This document shows, piece by piece, positions 18,225 through 27,800 of a stretch of DNA of 54,367 nt. Position numbers and translations under genes: made by a program. How positions within the stretch are numbered: the stretch's first letter is position 1; the number at the start of each line of letters is the position of its first letter. The notes under the pieces are model-generated. The model was not told where the DNA came from, made no database searches, and saw only the letters and a list, made by a program, of their open reading frames with translations. The stretch comes from an uncultured bacterium (lineage in GTDB: Bacteria > Eisenbacteria > RBG-16-71-46), in NCBI GenBank assembly GCA_964619155.1, contig CAZUEM010000004.1, positions 1-54,367 of the forward strand, read 5' to 3'.

Positions 18225-18255
18225 ACGCCCGCGGCGGAGGGAGCGCCGCGGGCGT
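18225..18255. terminator. Bidirectional terminator-like hairpin between convergent apt and the thioredoxin-TPR gene
   Basis: Perfect 12-bp stem acgcccgcggcg / cgccgcgggcgt with a 7-nt loop. No U-tract on either strand. Confidence 0.45.
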
Positions 18256-18278
18256 CGCCGCGTCCGGCGGCCGCGCGG

Positions 18279-19631
18279 TCAGTTCGCCGGCAGCGCCGCC
18301 AGCTTGCGCTGCAGGTTCGCGAGCCGTCCAGGCGTGCGCTGCTCCTCGGGCAGGGTCGCGAGGTACGCGATCGCGCCCTCGAGCGTGCGGCGCGCCGCCG
18401 CCACGTCCCCGAGCCCGAGGTAGATGTCCGAACGCGTGGCGTAGAGCAGCAGCTTGCGCGGGCCGTACGCCTTCAGCATCGCCCGGTCCGACGCCGCGAG
18501 CGCCTCGGGGTGGCGCTTCATCGCCAGGTAGGCCGTCGCCATGCGGGCGTGCGGGTTGTAGTCGTCCGGCCGGTCGCGCGCCGACTGCTCGAGCATGGGG
18601 ATCGCGCGCTGCGGCTCGTCCAGCTCCAGGTAGGCCGAGAGCCGGTGCGAGTCGTACACCATCCGCTGTTCCGGCGTCGCCGCGGCGGCCGCGGCGCGCT
18701 CGAGGTAGGCCGCCCATTCGCCCGCGACCGCCCGCACCCCCGCGCTGTCGCCGAGCGCCTCGCGCGCACCCAGCAGCTCGATCCAGGCGCCCGAGCGGTC
18801 GTCGGCCGCGGCGGGGAAGGACTCGTCGGCGACCAGCGAGCGCGTGCCCGTCTCGAACTCGGCGATCGCGGCGGCGCGCCCCGGCACGCTGTCCGGAAGG
18901 CTGTAGGCGCAGTTGAGGCCGCTCGCCGAGACGCTGAGCGCCGAGGACGAGCGCCCGAGGCGGGGCAGCGCCTCGCGCGCCTGCGCGAGGCCCTCGGCGT
19001 GCCGCGCGGTCTGCAGCAGCGCGTACATGCGCGACTCGACCGCCCGCGCGTAGCCCTTCCAGCCCGGCTCCGCCGCGGCCAGCACGGCCGCGTACTCCTG
19101 CGCGGCGGCCGCGTTGTTCCCGGAGCCGAAGATGCTGTCGGCGCGCGCGACGCGGGCGAGCAGGGCGCGCGGCGTGTACGCCCCGCTGCGCGCGTCGTCG
19201 AGGAACGCGTGCAGTTGCGGCACCGTCATGCTTCCGATCCAGCGCACCTTCGCGACCTGGTCCTCGGGATCCACGACGTAGAAGCTCGGGATGGCCTCGA
19301 TCGGGTAGCGCTTGCGGAACGCGGAGTTCCGGGGGTCCTCGGTGTCGATGTCCAGCCACACGAAGTGCCTGGCGTGCCGCGCGAGCGAGGAGTCCGTGAA
19401 GACGTACGCGCGCATCGAGCGGCAGGTGTGGCACCAGGGCGCCCACGCCTCGACGAAGACCGGCAGCTTGCGCGCCTTCGCGAGGGCGATGGCCTGCTCG
19501 TAGTCGTTCGCGATCCAGGGCAGGACGTGCGCCGGGCGGCCCGCGTCGGGCTTGCCGGCGGCCGCGGCCGGGGCCGCGCCGGAGACGGCCGCGAGCGCGA
19601 GCGCGAGCGCGGCGAGCGTGAGTGATTTCAT
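18279..19631 (-). CDS. Exported thioredoxin-fold (CxxC) protein with C-terminal TPR repeats
   Basis: ATG 19631 with signal peptide MKSLTLAALALALAAVSGAAPAAAAG. Thioredoxin-like region: KLPVFVEAWAPWCHTCRSM..IEAIPSFYVV. The rest is TPR-like helical repeats. The upstream part of ORF 18279..20300 is rejected. Confidence 0.8.
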   Translation of the reverse strand: MKSLTLAALALALAAVSGAAPAAAAGKPDAGRPAHVLPWIANDYEQAIALAKARKLPVFVEAWAPWCHTCRSMRAYVFTDSSLARHARHFVWLDIDTEDPRNSAFRKRYPIEAIPSFYVVDPEDQVAKVRWIGSMTVPQLHAFLDDARSGAYTPRALLARVARADSIFGSGNNAAAAQEYAAVLAAAEPGWKGYARAVESRMYALLQTARHAEGLAQAREALPRLGRSSSALSVSASGLNCAYSLPDSVPGRAAAIAEFETGTRSLVADESFPAAADDRSGAWIELLGAREALGDSAGVRAVAGEWAAYLERAAAAAATPEQRMVYDSHRLSAYLELDEPQRAIPMLEQSARDRPDDYNPHARMATAYLAMKRHPEALAASDRAMLKAYGPRKLLLYATRSDIYLGLGDVAAARRTLEGAIAYLATLPEEQRTPGRLANLQRKLAALPAN

Positions 19632-19787
19632 GGCGCGCAGCCTAGCAGATGCCCGGGGGCCGCGAGCCCGGCGGCGCCCGGCGCGGCGGGCCGCGGCACC
19701 GACGCCGGAGCCGCGCGGCTTGACTCCGCGCCGGCCGGCGCGCGAGCGTGGACCCGCGCGCCACCGTCGCGGCGCCGGAGGAGACGC

Positions 19788-20252
19788 ATGCAGCCGAAAC
19801 CACCGGAGGAGCGGACGGCGGCGAACGCGCCGGAGCGCTTCGCGATCCGCATTCCGGTCCTGCCGTCGGACATCGACGCCCACGGGCACGTCAACAACGT
19901 CGTCTATGTCCGCTGGGTGCAGGAGGCCGCCACCGCGCACTGGAACGCGCGCACGAGCGAGGCGGAGAGGGCCTCGGTCGCGTGGGTGGTCCTGCGCCAC
20001 GAGATCGACTACCGGCGCGCCGCGTTCCCGGGCGACACGGTCTCGGCGCTCACGTGGGTCGGACCCGCGTCGCGGCACGCGTACGAGCGCAACACCGAGC
20101 TGCGCCGGGTGGGCGACGGCGAACTGCTCGCCCGCGCGCGGACGCTCTGGTGCCCGCTCGACCCCGCGACGGGCCGGCCGGTGCGGCTGGAGGACGGGCT
20201 GCGCGCGCGCTTCTCCGTGCCCGGCGAGCCGCCCGGGCCAGCGGGGCGCTGA
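19788..20252 (+). CDS. Acyl-CoA thioesterase, 4HBT/YbgC-like hotdog fold
   Basis: ATG 19788 is preceded by GGAGGAG. Motifs IRIPVLPSDIDAHGHVNNVVYVRWVQEA and VVLRHEIDYRRAAFPGD. Confidence 0.8.
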   Translation: MQPKPPEERTAANAPERFAIRIPVLPSDIDAHGHVNNVVYVRWVQEAATAHWNARTSEAERASVAWVVLRHEIDYRRAAFPGDTVSALTWVGPASRHAYERNTELRRVGDGELLARARTLWCPLDPATGRPVRLEDGLRARFSVPGEPPGPAGR

Positions 20253-20258
20253 GGAAGC

Positions 20259-20290
20259 GCCCGGCGCGCGAACGCGGCCGGGCCCATTTT
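20259..20290 (+). terminator. Intrinsic terminator after the thioesterase gene
   Basis: 10-bp stem with one bulge (gcccggcgcg / cgcggccgggc), loop cgaa, followed by ccATTTTCGCCTT. Confidence 0.55.
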
Positions 20291-20377
20291 CGCCTTGCAC
20301 ACGGCACGGCTTCCGACATGATAGCCGCGCGTTCGAGACACGGACGTTTCTCGACCCACCCGAACAGGGAGTTCGTC

Positions 20378-20824
20378 ATGATGCGACCGGGACACCGCCA
20401 TGGATGGGCGGCCCTGACCGGCGCGGCGTCGACGGCGCTCGTCGCCTCCGCCGTGCTCGCTTCCACCCCGAACGCGGGCCGGACGCCGTCCCCGCCGCGT
20501 ACCGCCCCGGCGCCGGTTCCGGCCGCACCCGTACCCGGCTCGATCGGCCTGATGGCCTTCCTGGACCCCGAGACCGGCCTGCTGACCGGCCCCATCGGGA
20601 GCCTCGTCCCGCCCGCGGACCAGCGCTCGTCGTCGTCGGCCGTCGTCTTCGAGGCCCGGCCCCGCGCCAACGGCGCGTGGCTGCTCGACCTCAAGGGCAC
20701 GATGCTCGACTACTACGTCCTCCACGTGGACGCGTTCGGCCGCCGCACGGTCTCGTGCGCGCAGTCTCCCGGGCACGTCCACCTGCCGGCGCCGATTCCG
20801 GCGGCCATCGCGGCGGAGCGCTGA
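20378..20824 (+). CDS. Hypothetical exported protein
   Basis: ATG 20378 is preceded by AGGGAG. The N-terminus is signal-like (AALTGAASTALVASAVLAST) and is followed by a Pro-rich linker. The gene ends 1 nt before the metalloprotease gene. I recognise no motif. Confidence 0.55.
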   Translation: MMRPGHRHGWAALTGAASTALVASAVLASTPNAGRTPSPPRTAPAPVPAAPVPGSIGLMAFLDPETGLLTGPIGSLVPPADQRSSSSAVVFEARPRANGAWLLDLKGTMLDYYVLHVDAFGRRTVSCAQSPGHVHLPAPIPAAIAAER

Positions 20825-20825
20825 C

Positions 20826-22808
20826 ATGGCCCGCCCGCGACTCCTCGCCGCCTCGCTCGCGCTCGCGGCCCTCGCGCTCGTGCCGCTCGCGCACGCAGTG
20901 CCCGGCCGGATCGTGATCAAGAACCTCGACTCGGCGGGCGAGGGCTTCAACTCGCCCACGGCCGCCGCGCCGGTGGGCGGCAACCCCGGCACGACCGTCG
21001 GCCAGCAGCGACTCAACGTCTTCCAGTACGCCGCCGACATCTGGGGCGCCATCCTGCAGAACCCCGACACGATCTACGTGAACGCCAGGTTCGACTCGCA
21101 GACCTGCACCGTGAGCAGCGCGGTGCTGGGAAGCGCCGGGCCCACGTTCGTGGATCGCGACGATCCGGCTTATCCCTTCGCCGCCACCTGGTACCACATC
21201 GCGCTCGCCGAGAAGCTGGCGGGCGGCCGGATCGTCACCGGCGCGCAGGGCGAGATCAATGCCACGTTCAACTCCGAACTGGACGGCGACCCGGCCTGCC
21301 TCGGAGGGACGATGTGGTACTACGGGTTCGACGGGCTCGAAGGCACGAAGATCGAGTTGCTCCCCGTCGTCCTTCATGAACTCGGGCACGGGCTGGGATT
21401 CAGCACGACCACGAGCGGCGCCACCGGGAACTTCATCAACGACGGCTCGGGCCCGAAGCCGCACGTCTGGGACCACTTCCTGTACGACTCGCTCACGGGC
21501 CGCACCTGGGCCCACCCCTCGGAGTCGAACACCAACCGCGTGACCTCCGCGATCAGCGGCGACAAGCTGTCGTGGAGCGGCGCGGCCGGGCGCTACGGCG
21601 TGACGCACCGGCCGCTCAACCGCCGGGCACGCATCCTCGCCAGCCCGTCCGTCGCGGGCCTCGACTCGGTGAACGCCGCGAACTTCGGCGCACCCCTCAC
21701 GCTGGGAGGCGTGACCGCGAACCTCGTGCTGGTCACGGACGGCTCCGGAGCGGCCAACGACGGCTGCTCGGGGCTCACCAACGGCGCCGCGGTGAACGGA
21801 AACGTCGCGCTCGTGGACCGCGGGACGTGCAACTTCACGACCAAGGCGCAGACCGCGCAGGCGGCGGGCGCGGTCGCCGTCGTCATCGCCAACAACCAGG
21901 CGGGCGCCCTCGCCCCGACCGGGACCGACCCCGGTATCACGATCCCGGTGGTCGCCGTCTCCTTCCACGAGGGCGTGGCGCTCAAGAACGCGATTTCGGG
22001 CGGGCCCGTGTCCGTGACCGTGGGCTTCGACCCCGTGCTCTACGCGGGCGCGGACGGCTCGCAGCGCCCGCTCATGTACGCTCCCAATCCCTACCAGCAG
22101 GGCTCGTCCGTTTCGCACTTCGACGTGAGCACGTCGCCCAACGCGCTCATGGAGCCCGCCATCAATACGGACCTCAGCTCCGACGTGGATCTCGCGAAGC
22201 ACGTCTTCGTGGACATCGGCTGGCTGCCCATGTCCACCCCGGTCGCGCTCGCGAACTTCACCGCCGAGGACCTCGAGGCTGGGGTGCTGCTCCGCTGGCG
22301 GTTCGCCGACGCATCGGACGTGGCGACGCTCACGCTTCAGCGCGCGCCCGCGGAGGAGGGGCCGTGGACCCCGCTGGAGGCCGAGTTCTTCACCCGCGAC
22401 GGCATGACCGCCGCGCTCGACACCGCGGCCGAGCCGGGTCGCACGCACTTCTACCGGTTGCACGTCGTCGAGACCGGCGGCCGCGAATCCACGTGGGGAC
22501 TCGTCTCCGCCTACCACGCGGGCGCCGGGGCCGGCCCTGCGGTGCTTCGGGCGCCGAGCCCGAACCCGACGCGCACGGGCACGACCTTCGCGTTCCGCCT
22601 GCCGAGGCCCGAGTTCGTGCGCCTCGAGGTCGTGGACGCCTCCGGACGCCGCCTGCGCACGTTGCGGGAGGGCATGACGGCGGCGGGCGAACACCAGCTG
22701 TTCTGGGACGGCACCGCGGCGGGGCGTGAGGTGCCCGCGGGGCTCTACTTCGCGGTGCTGCGAACGTCGCAGGGGCGGCTCGCGCAGCGCATCGCGATCA
22801 TCCGTTAG
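20826..22808 (+). CDS. Secreted zinc metalloprotease with a PA domain and a C-terminal FlgD-Ig/T9SS-like sorting domain
   Basis: Signal peptide MARPRLLAASLALAALALVPLAHA. HELGH at nt 21375-21389 (VVLHELGHGLGF). PA domain at about 21718-21903 (NLVLVTDG..VALVDRGTCNFTTKAQTAQAAGAVAVVIANN). The C-terminal ~90 aa reads RLEVVDASGRRLRTL..GLYFAVLRTSQGRLAQRIAIIR. Confidence 0.85.
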   Translation: MARPRLLAASLALAALALVPLAHAVPGRIVIKNLDSAGEGFNSPTAAAPVGGNPGTTVGQQRLNVFQYAADIWGAILQNPDTIYVNARFDSQTCTVSSAVLGSAGPTFVDRDDPAYPFAATWYHIALAEKLAGGRIVTGAQGEINATFNSELDGDPACLGGTMWYYGFDGLEGTKIELLPVVLHELGHGLGFSTTTSGATGNFINDGSGPKPHVWDHFLYDSLTGRTWAHPSESNTNRVTSAISGDKLSWSGAAGRYGVTHRPLNRRARILASPSVAGLDSVNAANFGAPLTLGGVTANLVLVTDGSGAANDGCSGLTNGAAVNGNVALVDRGTCNFTTKAQTAQAAGAVAVVIANNQAGALAPTGTDPGITIPVVAVSFHEGVALKNAISGGPVSVTVGFDPVLYAGADGSQRPLMYAPNPYQQGSSVSHFDVSTSPNALMEPAINTDLSSDVDLAKHVFVDIGWLPMSTPVALANFTAEDLEAGVLLRWRFADASDVATLTLQRAPAEEGPWTPLEAEFFTRDGMTAALDTAAEPGRTHFYRLHVVETGGRESTWGLVSAYHAGAGAGPAVLRAPSPNPTRTGTTFAFRLPRPEFVRLEVVDASGRRLRTLREGMTAAGEHQLFWDGTAAGREVPAGLYFAVLRTSQGRLAQRIAIIR

Positions 22809-22831
22809 CGGCGCGACTCGACGCGGAACGG

Positions 22832-22863
22832 CGAACGGCCGCCCCTCGCGGGGCGGCCGTTCG
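22832..22863. terminator. Bidirectional terminator-like hairpin between the convergent metalloprotease gene and glnS
   Basis: Perfect 14-bp stem cgaacggccgcccc / ggggcggccgttcg with loop tcgc. It abuts the glnS stop codon (22864-22866). Confidence 0.5.
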
Positions 22864-24699
22864 TCATTCGCCCTGGCGCTTCTCGATGCGCGCCCAGGCG
22901 TCCTTGAGCGTCACGGTGCGATTGAAGACCGGCGCCCCGGGCTTCGAATCCGCGTCGGGATAGAAGTAGCCCACGCGCTCGAACTGGACCGGCGTCCCCG
23001 CCGGCACGTCGGCCAGCGCGGCTTCGAGGCGGCAGCCGGTCACGACCTCGAGCGATCCGGGGTGGATGCCCGCGACGAAGTCCGCGCCCTCGGGCACGTC
23101 CTCGGGGTCCACCTGCGGGAACAGCGACTCGTAGAGGCGCACCTCGGCGCTCACGGCGTGCGGCGCCGACACCCAGTGGATCGTCGCCTTGACCTTGCGG
23201 CCGTCGGGGGCGTTGCCGCTGCGCGTGGCCGGATCGTACGTCGCCCGCACCTCGGTCACTTCGCCGGTCTCGGGGTCCTTCACGACGCCCGTGCAGCGGA
23301 CAAGGTACGCCGCGCGCAGCCGCACCTCGGCGCCGGGGGAGAGCCGGAAGTACTTCGGCGGCGGCGTCTCGCGGAAGTCGTCCTGCTCGATCCACAGCTC
23401 GCGCGAGAACGGCACCCGCCGCGTCCCTGCCGCCGGGTCCTCGGGGTTGTTCGCGGCCTCGAAGTGCTCGACCTGTCCTTCGGGATAGTTCTCGAGCACG
23501 ACCTTGAGCGGGCGCAGCACCGCCATGCGCCGCAGCGCGTGCCGGTTGAGGTCCTCGCGCACGCAGTGCTCGAGCAGCGCCAGTTCGACCCGGTTCTCGC
23601 GCCGCGCGACGCCGACGCGCTCCACGAAGTCGCGCAGCGCCGCCGCCGGGTAGCCGCGCCGCCGCATGGCCGAGATGGTCGGCATGCGCGGGTCGTCCCA
23701 GCCGCGCACGACGCCCTCCTGCACGAGGCGCAGGAGCTTGCGCTTGCTCATGACCGTGTGGGTGACGTTGAGGCGCGCGAACTCGTACTGGTGGGGCAGC
23801 GGCCGCGGCAGGTCGAGGGCCTCCAGCAGCCAGTCGTACAGCGGCCGGTGCGGGACGAACTCGAGCGTGCAGATGGAGTGCGTGACGCCTTCGATGTAGT
23901 CCGAGAGTCCGTGCGCGTAATCGTACATCGGGTAGATGCACCAGGCGTCGCCCGTCTGGTGGTGCGTCGCATGCCGGATCCGGTAGAGGATGGGGTCGCG
24001 CAGCCAGACGTTGTGTGAGTCCATGTCGATCTTCGCCCGCAGGGTGCGGGCGCCGTCGGGGAACTCGCCGGCGCGCATGCGCGCGAACAGCTCGAGGCTC
24101 TCGGCGGCCGGCCGCTCGCGCCAGCGGCTCGGGACGCCGGGTTCGCCGGGCGCGCCGCGCATGCGGTCCACCTCCTCGGCGGTGTGGTCACAGACGTAGG
24201 CGCGGCCTTTCTCGATGAGCCGCACGGCGTAGGCGTGGAGTTGCTCGAAGTAGTCCGAGGCGTAGAACGGTTCGAGCTCCGCGTCGCCGGCGGAGGCCGC
24301 CATCACCGGCGGCATGAAGAAGTCCTCGCGCCCCGCGACGTCCTGCGTCACGGGGGCCTCGTGCGCCTTCTTGAGGGCGAGCCGGTCGTCCGCCCAGCCC
24401 GCGACCAGCCAGCGCACGTCGGCGAGGATGGACTCGACGTACTCGACCTCCTCCTTCGCCGGGTTCGTGTCGTCCATGCGGAGGTTGCAGCGTCCTCCGA
24501 ACTGCTTCGCGATCCCGAAGTTGAGCACGATGGCCTTGGCGTGACCGATGTGCAGATAGCCGTTCGGCTCGGGCGGGAAGCGGGTGACGATGTTCGTGTG
24601 CAGCCCGCGGGCCAGGTCGGCCTTCACGATCTCGCGGATGAAGTCCTCGCGCTCGGCGGGCGCGGCGTCCGGCGTGCCGGTGGGGGTCGTCTCGCTCAT
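22864..24699 (-). CDS. glnS: Glutamine--tRNA ligase
   Basis: ATG 24699 (MSETTPTG..). Class I motifs: RFPPEPNGYLHIGHAKA (HIGH) and VMSKRKL (KMSKS). The C-terminal anticodon-binding beta-barrels have glutaminyl-type layout. Confidence 0.92.
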   Translation of the reverse strand: MSETTPTGTPDAAPAEREDFIREIVKADLARGLHTNIVTRFPPEPNGYLHIGHAKAIVLNFGIAKQFGGRCNLRMDDTNPAKEEVEYVESILADVRWLVAGWADDRLALKKAHEAPVTQDVAGREDFFMPPVMAASAGDAELEPFYASDYFEQLHAYAVRLIEKGRAYVCDHTAEEVDRMRGAPGEPGVPSRWRERPAAESLELFARMRAGEFPDGARTLRAKIDMDSHNVWLRDPILYRIRHATHHQTGDAWCIYPMYDYAHGLSDYIEGVTHSICTLEFVPHRPLYDWLLEALDLPRPLPHQYEFARLNVTHTVMSKRKLLRLVQEGVVRGWDDPRMPTISAMRRRGYPAAALRDFVERVGVARRENRVELALLEHCVREDLNRHALRRMAVLRPLKVVLENYPEGQVEHFEAANNPEDPAAGTRRVPFSRELWIEQDDFRETPPPKYFRLSPGAEVRLRAAYLVRCTGVVKDPETGEVTEVRATYDPATRSGNAPDGRKVKATIHWVSAPHAVSAEVRLYESLFPQVDPEDVPEGADFVAGIHPGSLEVVTGCRLEAALADVPAGTPVQFERVGYFYPDADSKPGAPVFNRTVTLKDAWARIEKRQGE

Positions 24700-24883
24700 G
24701 CCGGCAGGAAACGACACGAGGGCCCCGGCTGTCCACTCGCGGCGCCCCTTCGTCCGGCGGCCCGGCGCGCTCGTCGCGTGGACGGGGCGCGACGGTGCGG
24801 TCTCGGCTATCCTCATGTCCGTACGTCACGCCCGCAGGTCCCGGGTCCCCCGCCCGGCCGGGCGGCCCGGCCTGAACCCGATC

Positions 24884-27800
24884 ATGAACCCCACGACCCG
24901 ACGCCTGCTCACCGGCCTGCTGGCCATCGGTTGCGCGCTGTCCCCCGCGCCCGCGAACGCCGCCGGCGTTCCCGTCTCGACGGCTCCGTACGCACAGTCC
25001 GCGCCCCGGATCGTGGCCAGGCCCGGCGGGGGGGCCTGGGTGGCCTGGCTCGACGGGCGCTCGGGCTATTCGATCGACGTTTACGGCGCCATGCTCGATG
25101 CCGCGGGCACGCCCTCGACCGGCGGCGCCGACCAGGGCCTCGCGTTCACCGACATCACGTGCGTGAAGCGGGACCTCACGCTCGTCGCCGACGGCACCGG
25201 CGGGGCGATCGCGGCGTGGTCGGACAACCGCTGCAGCACTCCCGAGGGCTTCGACATCTTCGTGCTGCGGCTCGGGGCGGACGGCCGGCCGGCCGCGGGC
25301 TGGCCGGCGAACGGGAGGAACGTCTCCGCGGCTCCGGACTGGCAGGTCCAGCCCGCCCTGGCGCCGGACGGGAGCGGGGGCGCTTTCGTGGGATGGGTCG
25401 AACTGACCGGCTTCCTGCCCCGGGTCGTCGTCCACCACGTGCTCGCGAACGGAACGCTCGATCCGGCCTGGCCGGTCGCGGGCATCACGCTCGCCGTGGC
25501 GGGGGCCGAGGCCGCGTCTCCCGTCCTTGGCCCCGACGGCGCGGGCGGGTTCTACATCGCGTGGGGCGACCGCCGCGACGGCGACCTCGACCTGCGCCTG
25601 CAGCGGGTGTCGGGCACGGGGGCGATCGCCGCGGGCTGGCCCGCCGAGGCGATCGAGGCGTGCACCGCGCCGGACGAGCAGTTCGAACCGCGGCTCATCG
25701 CGGGCGTCTCGGGCGTCTCGCTGGCCTGGCTGGACCGGCGCGCGGAGGGCACCGCCCGCGTCTACGCGTGCCGCTTCCTGCCGAGCGGACAGCGCGCCCC
25801 GGGCTGGCCACTCGATGGCGTCGCGGTCGCGGCGGGCGGCGGGGCGCAGTCCGACCTCGTCGTCGCGCGCGCCGACGTCGGCGGCCTCCGGTTCGCCTGG
25901 GCGGAGGACCGCGGGCTCGGGAGCGGCCGCGACGTGTACGCGCAGCGCGTGGACTCGACGGGCGCCGTCGTCGCCGGGTGGCCGGCCTCCGGCGCCACGG
26001 CGTGCGCGGCGCCCGGCGACCAGTACGCGCCCTCGTTCACGCCCGACGGCGCGGGCGGGGCCTATTTCACGTGGACGGACGAGCGCGACACGCTGGCCGG
26101 CGGCCGCGACGTGTACGTGCAGCGCCTCGACGCCTCCGGGTCGGTGGCGGCCGGCTGGCCGGTGCACGGCTTCGCCCTGTGCGCGGACGCCGGGCACCAG
26201 CGCGAGCCCGTGCTGACGGGCAATGGCCGGGGCGGCGCGTTCGCCGTCTGGACCGACGGACGCAACGACGCCACCACGGCGGACGACATCGTCATGCGCG
26301 AGGTCGCACCCGCCGGTCCGGCGAGCGTCGGCGTGAGCGGCGTCACGGCCGCGCACCACGACGGGCAGACCTTCGTCCGCTGGAACGCGCCACCCGGCCA
26401 CGGCTGGACGTATCGCGTTTACGCCTCCGCCTCGCCGATCGCGGACGAGGGCGGCCTCGCCGCCGCCACGCTCGTCGGCACGGCGCGGGACTCCTCGGCC
26501 AGCGACGCGCGGCTCTCAGTCCTGCTCGGACAGGCCTGCGGCTACCGGACGGAGGCCGGCGGGCCGGAACTCGATCCCGCCGGGGGGCTCTTCGTCCGCA
26601 CCGTGCCCGCGCCGGGCGCCTCGTGGTACGCGGTGACCGCCCAGCCGGGCGCGCTCGGCGAGGACCGCACCGTGGCGGCCGGGAGCAACGCGCTCGCTTC
26701 CGCCGTCGCCGAGACGGTCGCCACGCCGCGTCCCGTCCTTCAGCGCACGGTCCCGTTCGGGGGGCGCGACGTCGAACTCTGGACGCTGTGGACCTGGGAC
26801 GAGGACGCCCCCGGGTTCCCGGCGATGGCCAACGAGGCCGGGCTGCCGTTCCCCTTCGGGCTGGTCCGGGGCGGTTCCCTCGGACCGCTCGTGCTCGGCT
26901 TCCACGCGCGCGGGGGCAGCCTGTTCGACGGCGTCGGCGGTTTCCTGCTCCCGGGCGAGTGGGTGCTCGCCCTCGACGACAGGCTGCCGAACGGCGAGAG
27001 CACGTTCTGGTTCGGATACCACCGCGCCTACGACGTGCGCACGGCTTCGAGCCCGCCGCCGATGGCCGGCGAGGTCGTGGGCTACACGGCGCGGCGCGTG
27101 GACTTCCTGCTCGACTGGGTGCGCCGCTCCTGCCCGGTGGACACGGCGCGCGTCTACGCCTACGGCTACTCGATGGGGGGCATGGGCGCGACCCAGCTCG
27201 CCCTGCGCTCGCCGGCGAAGGTCGCCGGCGTCATGACCGTGATCGGGCAGTTCGACTTCTCGTTCGAGGCCGACCCCAATCCCTCGTGCTGGTTCAATCC
27301 CGGCGGGCCGTTCCGCGCGCTCGCCGACCGGATCTGGGGCCCGGTGTCGGTGAACCTGCCGTCGGCCCCCGGCGGCACGCCCGTGTTCGATCTCCTGAAC
27401 GGCACGGCGGTCGCCGGGCAGGGCGCCCCCGGCGCGGACCTGCCTCCGCTCCTGTCCTTCAACGGCCGCAACGACGTCAACGTCGGCTGGGCCGAGAAGC
27501 CCCGCTTCTGGGCGGCGATGCAGGCCCACCGGCGCGGCGGCTGGTTCTACTGGGACGGGCGCGAGCACGGCGTCGCGGGCGCGTCGTGGATCCCCATGCA
27601 GACCCCGGCCGACCTCCTCGCACTGCGCACGGACCGGAGCTTCCCCGCGCTCTCCAACGGGGACGCGGACGGGGACCCGGGCGACGGCTCGCCCGCCAGC
27701 GGCGATTCCGTGGGCACCTTGAACGGCCACCTCGAGTGGGACGTGCCCCTGGAGGACGCGGCCGGCTGGAGCGTGACGCTCACGCTGCGCCCGCTCGAAC

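Noticed and set aside
18279-20300. The 673-aa version of the thioredoxin-TPR ORF, extending 223 codons upstream of ATG 19631.
   Set aside because: The extension is low-complexity and overlaps the thioesterase gene on the opposite strand. A signal peptide starts exactly at the internal ATG 19631.
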